Shown here: piece after piece, positions 36,807 through 43,507 of the stretch
How positions within the stretch are numbered: the first letter of the stretch is position 1
Layout of the letters: every line of letters starts with the position of its first letter
Source: a virus
Lineage: Duplodnaviria; Caudoviricetes
IMG/VR virus record: IMGVR_UViG_3300046738_000007
Coordinates: 1 to 43,507 of that record
Reading direction: 5' to 3' (one strand)
DNA length: 43,507 nucleotides
Program-made: the position numbers and the translations under genes
Notes under the pieces: model-generated
What the model was told of the DNA's origin: nothing
The model's database searches: none
What the model saw: the letters and a program-made list of their open reading frames with translations, nothing else

Positions 36807-36955
36807 TGGGGGTGGCGGGACTCGAACCCGCCTCTACCTGCTGTCATGCTTTGTACCTAACGCTTGTAGGTACGCGCGAGTGAGTGACAGGAAATCCTGT
36901 GAGGTCCCGCTGAAGCATGCACTACTGCAAGTGTGCACTCGTACACTAAACCCCC
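36807..36955 (-). ncRNA. tRNA-like RNA with an 85-nt structured insert replacing the anticodon loop
   Basis: GGGGGTT/CACCCCC-A; T8A9; GTGT/GCAC D stem; CTTGC/GCAGG; canonical T arm GCGGG-TTCGAGT-CCCGC. Confidence 0.75.
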
Positions 36956-36985
36956 TGCGCGCCGAGCAGGCTCGGCGCTACTGAT

Positions 36986-37099
36986 AGCGCGGGCGGGACC
37001 GGTCATGTAGTCGCATCGCAGCCAACCAGCCCGCTGCAATAACCGGTCCTCTTCTGTGGCTGTCCGTGCGACTGGTGGTTGCCGCCTTACGCCCGCGCT
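36986..37099 (-). ncRNA. structured RNA domain with a potential pseudoknot
   Basis: 10-bp closing stem AGCGCGGGCG/CGCCCGCGCT and two crossing internal helices. Confidence 0.55.
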
Positions 37100-37102
37100 T
37101 GT

Positions 37103-37276
37103 TCAGATAACCCGCAGCGCGGCGAGCAGCACCGACACGGCTACCGACCCGCCCAACCCTGCGACCGCGAGGCACACCCGCTCAAGGCGCAGGTTCGCTG
37201 CGCGCCGACGCACCAGCCACCGACGGTTGATCTCACGCTGGTCGGCTGCGAGCCCGGCCTGCTGGTGCTGGTTCAC
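37103..37276 (-). CDS. small membrane protein
   Basis: GTGA overlap with lsr2; C-terminal transmembrane segment. Confidence 0.5.
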   Translation of the reverse strand: MNQHQQAGLAADQREINRRWLVRRRAANLRLERVCLAVAGLGGSVAVSVLLAALRVI

Positions 37277-37863
37277 GATGCCTGCGCCTGCTCGTACGCC
37301 TTGATCATGTCCTCGGTCGGCTTGCGCCGTGAGTGGTGGATCGTGAATCCGTTGGACCGGGCCCACTCCAGCACCACCTTCGGAGGGGGCATGATTCCCT
37401 TGTCCACCCGAGGGACAGACGTGAGCGTGCGCTTGTTGCCGCCGGTGTTGCCGCCGTGCACCTCGCACCCCTCCAGGTCCTCGCACTCGTCGCGGTGGTG
37501 TCCGTACGTTGCCGGCTGTGGCTTCTCGTCCCGCTTGTCGTACGCCTCAAGCAGCGCAGCCGGGATGCGCCCGCGGTCGGGGACCTTGAACCCGTGCTCA
37601 CGACCCCACGCGCGGACCAGGTCGTTGTCCTCACGCTTCACTGCCTCGACGCGTGAGCGATGACCCACCCTGCCTGGCCTGTTCGTCGGGTTGGCGAGGC
37701 GCCCGGCGTCGATGTGACGGGCCAGCGTGGTGACGAACTCCTGGATGTGGTCGTCGTTCAAGTCCACCGAGTACCACTTCCCGGCGTATCCGAACAAGAC
37801 CGTACCGGTAGCCTCCGTCTCACCGTCCAGGTCGTCGACCAGCGTGCGAGTGATCTTCTCCAT
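37273..37863 (-). CDS. lsr2: Lsr2-like nucleoid protein with a duplicated DNA-binding domain
   Basis: LVDDLDG...TVLFG...YSVDL dimerisation domain; VRAWGREHGFKVPDRGRIP; second copy VLEWARSNGFTI..RRKP...AY; SD AGGAG. Confidence 0.85.
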   Translation of the reverse strand: MEKITRTLVDDLDGETEATGTVLFGYAGKWYSVDLNDDHIQEFVTTLARHIDAGRLANPTNRPGRVGHRSRVEAVKREDNDLVRAWGREHGFKVPDRGRIPAALLEAYDKRDEKPQPATYGHHRDECEDLEGCEVHGGNTGGNKRTLTSVPRVDKGIMPPPKVVLEWARSNGFTIHHSRRKPTEDMIKAYEQAQAS

Positions 37864-38056
37864 CGATACATCTCCTGTTGACAAGGCCAGCATTCAGGCT
37901 GGCACCTACGATTCGAACCAACCTAGCGGAACAGCACAGCGAGGACAACAGCACCGACCGACACAAGCACAGTCAGTACGAGCATCAACGCTGCCAGCCA
38001 GCGCAACCCCGGCGGTGGGCCAGCCGGGTCCGGGTGCGGAGCCGACCAGTTCCGAC

Positions 38057-38248
38057 TCACGTCCACTCCCCGTTCTTGCCGAGCATGCGGTTGATCGCCT
38101 CGACTGCGGTGCCTAGGTTGTCGAACGATCCGGCCCACCCGTTGCCGAGCGTGGCTCGGTACGTGCCACCCGCCTGCATCGAGATGAAACACGGGCCGCA
38201 CACCCACACACCCCAGCCGTACGACACCGCCACGTACGGCGTACGCAT
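38057..38248 (-). CDS. hypothetical protein
   Basis: Coupled ORF. Confidence 0.5.
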   Translation of the reverse strand: MRTPYVAVSYGWGVWVCGPCFISMQAGGTYRATLGNGWAGSFDNLGTAVEAINRMLGKNGEWT

Positions 38249-38565
38249 CAGCTATGCCTCTGGCGCAGCTCGCTAACCGAGGCGCCCAACACCCAGCGGC
38301 GAGCCTCAGTCAACGCGCCCGGGTCACCACCCGCGACGACCGGGTCCAGCCAGAACGTGATCGCCTCGACACACGGACGACACCTTGCATCCTCACGAGC
38401 TGCATCGTCCGACTCGTACACGCCACGGACCGCACGCGGGATACCGAGCGGGCCCTCGTTGGTGCAGTCGATCGTCGCGCACTCACGCACCGCAGCCAGC
38501 TCGTCAGGCACACGGTGCCTCGGCTGATACACGACAAGAAACCCCGCCGTATCCACCACACTCAT
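38248..38565 (-). CDS. hypothetical protein (two Cys pairs)
   Basis: SD AAGGAG; coupled to the next gene. Confidence 0.55.
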   Translation of the reverse strand: MSVVDTAGFLVVYQPRHRVPDELAAVRECATIDCTNEGPLGIPRAVRGVYESDDAAREDARCRPCVEAITFWLDPVVAGGDPGALTEARRWVLGASVSELRQRHS

Positions 38566-38641
38566 ACTTGCCGCTCTCCTTCGCTGCTGCTAGCTCACGG
38601 CGAACGCTAGTACTAGACCAGCGCTGCCGAAAACAAACAGA

Positions 38642-38815
38642 TCAGACGACGTGGTTACAGCTCGGACAGCAGGTGTTCAGGCGCTGCGTACGGGCACGGA
38701 TCGCGTCATCCTGCCTCTGCTTAGCGGACAGCTTGTTCACCGCCGCCCACACCATGGCGTCGCACTCCCGCTCCGTCTTGCCGCACGTGCGGCACTGCTT
38801 GTTGGTCAGATCCAT
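38642..38815 (-). CDS. small Zn-finger protein (57 aa)
   Basis: SD GGAGG; MDLTNKQCRTCGK...CCPSCNH. Confidence 0.5.
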   Translation of the reverse strand: MDLTNKQCRTCGKTERECDAMVWAAVNKLSAKQRQDDAIRARTQRLNTCCPSCNHVV

Positions 38816-38941
38816 TACCCCTCCAAGTAGGTCACGTACGCGAGGTTCAGGTCTGCGTACGGGTTGAACGTCATCGACCGGGGTGCACGGTCACCAGCCG
38901 GCATAAGCAAGGCAGCGACCAGGGCGACGACGGCCAGCACC

Positions 38942-39100
38942 TCAGCCACACTCGTGCTCTTCGGCTGCGAGGACCACGTAGTCCAGCTCCACCACATCGT
39001 GCGTCCACATCCCGATGTCACCACCACACGTGACGTGCCTGGCTGTGATGTAGCTGCGAGCCAGCGCGCGAAGCTCGACCTCGGAAAAGTCCTCGATCAT
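38942..39100 (-). CDS. hypothetical protein
   Basis: TGATG-coupled MIEDFSEVEL... Confidence 0.5.
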   Translation of the reverse strand: MIEDFSEVELRALARSYITARHVTCGGDIGMWTHDVVELDYVVLAAEEHECG

Positions 39101-39495
39101 CAGCTCTTCCCCTCGTACCGGTCCATCACAACACGCATGCAGTCGGTCGGGTGGTGGTGACGCTCGTACCCGAACTCGGTGGTGTACATGCCCCAGTTGC
39201 TGCCCCACCCACGCCCGTCGTAGCTCACGGTCTGCACCGTCTTGCCGTTCAGTTGAACGTGGTACTCGGCCGGCGTGCGCTGGACCAGCGCCCACCCCTT
39301 GACGTGCTGCCAGGCCGACGGCAGGTACCCACGCTTCGGCGCAGACAACCACGTGTCGAGGTCGGTGAACGCGTCGCGCGCCTGGTCGAACAGTTCGTGG
39401 ATCCATGCACCCTGCGGGGTGCCGTCGCCTCGCTCGTCCTCCCATTCGCTGACCGCCTCGCGCAGCCGGGCCAACGTCTCGTTCGGGTCACTCAT
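39100..39495 (-). CDS. hypothetical protein
   Basis: MSDPNETLARLR...; preceded by the conserved GAGTGACAGGAG leader. Confidence 0.65.
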   Translation of the reverse strand: MSDPNETLARLREAVSEWEDERGDGTPQGAWIHELFDQARDAFTDLDTWLSAPKRGYLPSAWQHVKGWALVQRTPAEYHVQLNGKTVQTVSYDGRGWGSNWGMYTTEFGYERHHHPTDCMRVVMDRYEGKS

Positions 39496-39501
39496 GTCCT
39501 G

Positions 39502-39513
39502 CTCCTGTCACTC
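39502..39513 (-). repeat. start-associated leader GAGTGACAGGAG, copy 3
   Basis: Identical 12-mer at 39721-39732 and 40629-40640, each 6-7 nt before an ATG. Confidence 0.8.
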
Positions 39514-39573
39514 GGATACACACGACAGGCACGGGACCCTCGGCCCACGCACCCATCGAACACACCCGAACGA

Positions 39574-39714
39574 TCAGCTCACGATCGACTCGCACTCCCA
39601 GCACGTCACCGGGTCCGAGGTCGGCTCCGGTGCACACGCAGGCATCATCGCGTTGCCGCACACCGGCGTCATGCCCTCGGCTGCGTGCACCACGTCGTCG
39701 TAACGGACGTTCAT
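39574..39714 (-). CDS. small Cys-containing protein (46 aa)
   Basis: MNVRYDDVVHAA...PVTCWEC; follows the conserved leader. Confidence 0.55.
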   Translation of the reverse strand: MNVRYDDVVHAAEGMTPVCGNAMMPACAPEPTSDPVTCWECESIVS

Positions 39715-39720
39715 CTCTGT

Positions 39721-39732
39721 CTCCTGTCACTC
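39721..39732 (-). repeat. start-associated leader GAGTGACAGGAG, copy 2
   Basis: Same 12-mer as copy 3. Confidence 0.8.
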
Positions 39733-39800
39733 AGCTTCGCTGGGTACCTCGGTCCGGAGGGCAGACGCGTTACGCGCGCACGCCTGCCCACCAGGCCCAA

Positions 39801-40097
39801 CTACCCGACGTGCTTGCCCAGCGTGCCGCCATCCTCGCCGCACCCGCACCATGCGCGGATCCAGTCCTCCGGATCCATGCCGTCGATCAGGTACTCGTTG
39901 CCGCTGTAGAACAAGTCGGCGGAGGTGAGGTCGAACCCGTGAACATCCGCGAGCGTCAGCCACACGAGCCGCAGCTCAGCCAGCGCCATCTGCCGCGACG
40001 GGAACCCACCCGCCACGATCACGCCGTCATCCTCGACCAGCGCGTACGTAGCCGGTTCACCCTCGGCCAGGTCGAGGTCAACCACCGAAACAAACAT
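39801..40097 (-). CDS. hypothetical protein
   Basis: TGATG-coupled MFVSVVDLDL... Confidence 0.55.
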   Translation of the reverse strand: MFVSVVDLDLAEGEPATYALVEDDGVIVAGGFPSRQMALAELRLVWLTLADVHGFDLTSADLFYSGNEYLIDGMDPEDWIRAWCGCGEDGGTLGKHVG

Positions 40098-40291
40098 CAC
40101 TCCACCACCCCGGCATCCGAGAGGAACAGCGCCTGACCGTACGTGTGCCCGATCCGCTCCGCCCCACCCGCGACCGGCGTCACGTTCCACGACAACGCCA
40201 TGCGCAGCCCGGTCGCGTCGTCGACCACCTCGAACCCGTCATACTCCACCGGCGTATCGGCCAGCAACTTGCGCAACTCACCAACGGTCAT
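40097..40291 (-). CDS. hypothetical protein
   Basis: SD AAGGAG; MTVGELRKLLA start common in phage small proteins. Confidence 0.55.
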   Translation of the reverse strand: MTVGELRKLLADTPVEYDGFEVVDDATGLRMALSWNVTPVAGGAERIGHTYGQALFLSDAGVVE

Positions 40292-40364
40292 GACTGCCAC
40301 TCCTTCGCGTCTGAGGAACCATGGCAAGACAGGGACCCTGCGCCCCTGCCCCACCACGAGCTGC

Positions 40365-40565
40365 TCAGACGTAGCACCGCACCTCAGCCACCGTGCGGTC
40401 CGAGATGCGCGACCACAACCCGTCGAACAGCGGGACGTACCCGGTGCACGCGAGGTGGTCGACCGCAGCCAGCAAGGTGCCCGCATCAATCGCACCCTGC
40501 TCGACACCACCGCGGCGAATCACGATCCAGACCTCGGCGTAGTCGGCGACCTGCGTGGTGCTCAT
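40365..40565 (-). CDS. hypothetical protein
   Basis: ATGA-coupled ORF. Confidence 0.5.
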   Translation of the reverse strand: MSTTQVADYAEVWIVIRRGGVEQGAIDAGTLLAAVDHLACTGYVPLFDGLWSRISDRTVAEVRCYV

Positions 40566-40621
40566 GCTGCGAGGTGCTTCGCGGAGGTGTGCTTCCTGCG
40601 CTTGCGGTGCTTACCCGGCAT
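40562..40621 (-). CDS. 19-aa basic peptide MPGKHRKRRKHTSAKHLAA
   Basis: Follows the conserved leader; ATGA overlap with the next gene. Confidence 0.45.
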   Translation of the reverse strand: MPGKHRKRRKHTSAKHLAA

Positions 40622-40628
40622 GTCCTGT

Positions 40629-40640
40629 CTCCTGTCACTC
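40629..40640 (-). repeat. start-associated leader GAGTGACAGGAG, copy 1
   Basis: Same 12-mer as copy 3. Confidence 0.8.
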
Positions 40641-40954
40641 GGTGCTGCTGACAGGAAGAACACTACGGGCCAGGCCAGGGCTGCACAGCCGCCAAACGGA
40701 GCAATCGTGGGAAATCTGGATTAGGCCGAATGCGCAGCCGGCGTGCAGGCCACCTGGAGAGGAGACGAACGCGTACGCGCGATACACCACGCCGGCCTGG
40801 CACGCCAGGTGTGTCACCCGAATAGCGTATCGGCATCCGGCGCAATCGGCGAGGTCCCGGAATTAGACCGAATGGTGGCTGTGCTGCCATGATCAACTGG
40901 ATAGGCTTGAGGCTTCGCTACCACGTATATCAACAGGGATACCGGGCAGGCAGA

Positions 40955-41160
40955 GGTGGGAGGGGGGCGGGGGCGCGGGAATGATGATCATAACATGTGT
41001 ATTTGCGCAGGTCAGAGGCTTGCACCGCGCGCGCGAGCTGGCCCGGGGCCGGCGCCGGGGTGACCTGGGTGTTTATATATGTGTGTGTATATATATGTAA
41101 CTACCCTCGACGATTTTTCCGTCGATACCCGTACATAGGGGGTACAGGGGGGGTAGTCCT
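40955..41160. other. non-coding low-complexity region, candidate genome terminus/packaging region
   Basis: G-tracts, a 26-nt alternating RY tract and short inverted repeats; no credible ORF. Confidence 0.45.
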
Positions 41161-41164
41161 CCCA

Positions 41165-41180
41165 GGTTCCACGTGAAACA
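41165..41180. promoter_or_regulatory. parS-like site
   Basis: GGTTCCACGTGAAACA versus the bacterial parS consensus TGTTNCACGTGAAACA (15/16). Confidence 0.7.
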
Positions 41181-41189
41181 CCACTCGCC

Positions 41190-41459
41190 TTACACGCGTT
41201 CCCGCGCCCATTCGACGCCTTCGGCGGTGAGCCGGTAGGTGTACGGGTCGGAATATCTTTGCCCACGTCGGCGGTCCATCATGCCGTCTCTGACGAGCGA
41301 GCGTACGCTGTAGTACACCTGTTCGTGGTCGCCGTTGTGGACGAGTGAGGCGAGCTGGCGTGTGGTGTGTTCTTCGTCTGGGTCGCGCAGCATCACCTCG
41401 CAGATCGCTCGTCGTAGCGGGGTCATCTCGGTGGGCTTGTCGGTTTTGCGCGGCCTCAC
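41190..41459 (-). CDS. winged-helix (PadR-like) DNA-binding protein
   Basis: SD GGAGG; VYYSVRSLVRDG...YRLTAEG. Confidence 0.65.
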   Translation of the reverse strand: MRPRKTDKPTEMTPLRRAICEVMLRDPDEEHTTRQLASLVHNGDHEQVYYSVRSLVRDGMMDRRRGQRYSDPYTYRLTAEGVEWARERV

Positions 41460-41499
41460 TCGGTTCCCTCCACGATGGGCAGGACGTAGTTGCTGTCCA

Positions 41500-41676
41500 T
41501 CAGCATTCCCCGCAGGTGCAGATCTGGTCGGGTCCAACCATGCGGGCTTGTTGGGCGTACCCGTTTGCGACGCGTGCGACGTCGAGGCCGGTGGTGTTGT
41601 TGGTGACGACGACGCTCTGGCCTTCTTGGCGGGGGGTGAACTGCGCCTGGTCGAGCAGGTCTCGTGGGTGCAGCAT
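41500..41676 (-). CDS. hypothetical protein
   Basis: SD AAGGAG; C-terminal CTCGEC. Confidence 0.5.
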   Translation of the reverse strand: MLHPRDLLDQAQFTPRQEGQSVVVTNNTTGLDVARVANGYAQQARMVGPDQICTCGEC

Positions 41677-42025
41677 CTCTAGTTCTCCTTGTTGTAGCAG
41701 GGGCACTTTTCCAGCGTGACGAGCAGGTTGCCGAACCGGTCTTGAAGCGGGAAGGGCTTGGTGCGGCAGTATTCGTGAAAGTCGTGTTGGGGGCAGGGGC
41801 AGACCGCGCCGCCTACCGGCTCGCTAAACTCCATGATGTGACCTCCGTCACAATCTTGTCAGATCGGGAATAAGCCTGGTTTCAAGCTTGTTCTGTAGTA
41901 GGGGGAACCCGCAGGAGGGGGTCAAGTTGGCTGGTTGGGAGCGACCCCCAGGGAGCGAAGGTTAGAAGACTAGAGCGCCTACCGGCCGGCGCTAGAAGAC
42001 GTAACAAGACTTAACTTCGCTTCGC

Positions 42026-42364
42026 TCAGTTGTTAGGGAGAGGTCTGCTCTCGGTGACTCCGGGCCGAGCTGTTGGCCAAGGACTAGTTTCTAGCCCCGG
42101 CTGCCTCACCTCCCCGGTCTCGACGTTCTTGTTCCAATGCCTAGGTTCGTCGCCTCCTTCTACGGCCCACAGCTTCGCTGCCGCTGTCGCTCGTAGCAAG
42201 GTCACCTCGCCCCGGCCGAAGTAGCAAAACCCCGCGGTGCAATACGAGATGTCGCTTCGCGGAACTTTCACCAACCGGTAGTTAAAGATCATCGGTCGGA
42301 TGATGTAATACGACTCCGAGTCTTCGGCTGCGAGGATGCCCCACTCTTCTAGCGTGTAGGTCAT
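42026..42364 (-). CDS. hypothetical protein
   Basis: SD GGAGG; PMIFNYRLV...FCY...WNK. Confidence 0.55.
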   Translation of the reverse strand: MTYTLEEWGILAAEDSESYYIIRPMIFNYRLVKVPRSDISYCTAGFCYFGRGEVTLLRATAAAKLWAVEGGDEPRHWNKNVETGEVRQPGLETSPWPTARPGVTESRPLPNN

Positions 42365-42436
42365 TTCTTCACCCCTCCTACGTGGCATCGGATACTGCTA
42401 GAGCCCCGGTCGCGTGCGCTCCCGCCGTGGTAAATC

Positions 42437-42568
42437 TCAACGTCGTGAATCATGGTTGCTCCACTCTGCGATAATCCGGCTTGTCTTCCTGCGGTGATAT
42501 TCAGCCCTGGCGAGAAACACCCACGACAACCAGATCATCGCCCAGGTTGCCCACGTAATCGCGTTCAT
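42437..42568 (-). CDS. small membrane protein
   Basis: ATGA overlap; MNAITWATWAMIWLSWVFL. Confidence 0.45.
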   Translation of the reverse strand: MNAITWATWAMIWLSWVFLARAEYHRRKTSRIIAEWSNHDSRR

Positions 42569-42843
42569 TCGGTCCTCTTCGGCAGCGTTCGGTTGATCGG
42601 GCCACGGCTGCTCCACTCTTTGTACGTCTGGATTCCCAGCTCGGTGATCCGGTACCGAAACTGGCGGCCGCCTGCCATGTCTCGTTCGAGCAGCTTGTGT
42701 TGAGACAGACCGTTCAACGTGTCGTTGTGGATCCAGTCGTACGTCCTGGCCATCATTTCTGCTTTGACCCACCACTTTTCGGCGTCTTGAACCAGCACAG
42801 CCATAAGCTGCACCCGCTGCTCGGTTCTGTTGATTCTGTTCAC
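42565..42843 (-). CDS. winged-helix DNA-binding protein
   Basis: LNGLSQHKLLER...RFRYRITELG-like wing motif. Confidence 0.55.
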   Translation of the reverse strand: MNRINRTEQRVQLMAVLVQDAEKWWVKAEMMARTYDWIHNDTLNGLSQHKLLERDMAGGRQFRYRITELGIQTYKEWSSRGPINRTLPKRTE

Positions 42844-43124
42844 CTAGCCCAACTCCCTGTTTCCCGCCACCGCCGCCGCGCCGCGGAGTTGTCTTCGGTG
42901 CACGGCCAGCATCTGCACGACCAGGCTTGGTACGTGGTGTACATCCCGTGCCGCCACGGCCCGTCTGGTGGTAGCCACGGCTGGACTAGCCGGCCGTCAA
43001 CTAGCCTGAGCAGCTTTTTCCGCTCGTAGTATTTCATCATCTTGTGCTCAGTGGCAGCCCGTCGACACAACGCGCACGTGCAGTTGTAGTTTATGCGCAT
43101 GCTCAGGGTTCCGTGCTCCGGCAT
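42840..43124 (-). CDS. protein with a tandem HG..Y..CxC..C zinc motif
   Basis: HGTLS..NCTCALC and HGMYTTY..SCRCWPC; SD AAGGAG. Confidence 0.65.
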   Translation of the reverse strand: MPEHGTLSMRINYNCTCALCRRAATEHKMMKYYERKKLLRLVDGRLVQPWLPPDGPWRHGMYTTYQAWSCRCWPCTEDNSAARRRWRETGSWAR

Positions 43125-43221
43125 TCGTCCTCTCCTTTATAAGAAACGCCCCTAGCCGGGGGGTCTGGGGCACCAGGTCCGACTAGAGGCGTCTCATTCC
43201 CGTCAGGGCAGGGGTTAGTCC

Positions 43222-43401
43222 CTAACGGTGGCTTTTCCTCCAGCGCATCGCCGCCCAGGTGACGAGCACGATCATCACCAGGTTGGGCACGATCCAGAAC
43301 GGCGAGTTCACGATCGCGTCGGCGAGCCCCAGCCCCAGCACGCCCATCGACACGACGTACACAAACTGTGCTTGCGGGGTGGTTAAGGGTTCTCGGCTCA
43401 C
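43222..43401 (-). CDS. small membrane protein (59 aa)
   Basis: GTGA overlap with the upstream partial ORF; two transmembrane segments. Confidence 0.5.
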   Translation of the reverse strand: MSREPLTTPQAQFVYVVSMGVLGLGLADAIVNSPFWIVPNLVMIVLVTWAAMRWRKSHR

Positions 43402-43507
43402 AGGCGCCTCTCTCGTAGTCTGGCCCGCTCTAGCTCTGCTGCTGCCGCGATAGCGCCCGGGTCCCGCAGCAGCCGCTCCATACCATCCCAGTACAGCGCG
43501 TGCAGCA

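Noticed and set aside
36807-36831. attP core (tRNA 3' half)
   Set aside because: It lies 11 kb from the integrase and pairs with its own 5' half. It cannot be fully excluded without a BLASTN against host tRNAs.
36807-36955. tmRNA or intron-containing tRNA
   Set aside because: The 3' end resembles tmRNA, but there is no G3-U70 pair, a D stem is present and there is no tag ORF. 85 nt is too short for a group I intron, and removal at the canonical 37/38 site does not give a U33 loop.
36986-37099. HDV-like (theta) ribozyme beside tRNAs
   Set aside because: The topology is loosely similar, but the P3/L3 and P1.1 consensus could not be found.

Overview
This window is a near-complete, GC-rich temperate actinobacteriophage genome, or a prophage, opened inside the terminase gene. 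The left half (+ strand, 1-24066) is a podovirus-like virion module: portal, large internal/ejection proteins, fibre proteins with 'GIxSxEAFG' repeats and a GH16 domain, scaffold, major capsid, tail tube proteins and holin. The centre holds a tyrosine integrase divergent from an L5-gp71-like repressor. Next is a + strand DNA-metabolism operon (WhiB, Cas4-like nuclease, DnaB-like helicase, a displaced endolysin, EndoVII, split primase, phosphoesterase) with no recognisable DNA polymerase. The right arm is on the - strand and contains small genes, an Lsr2 with two DNA-binding domains, and a terminus-like region with a near-consensus parS. The most striking unexplained element is a ~500-nt non-coding RNA array (36601-37099, -) made of tRNA-like scaffolds and closed structured domains. 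One tRNA body has its anticodon loop replaced by an 85-nt domain that is complementary over 12-14 nt to a ribosome-binding leader repeated before three right-arm genes, so it is a candidate tRNA-scaffolded antisense regulator. A second unexplained element is a 42-nt hairpin/13-codon mini-ORF cassette, present twice with a compensatory base change, bridging virion genes. All calls come from reading the sequence; no searches or folding programs were run.
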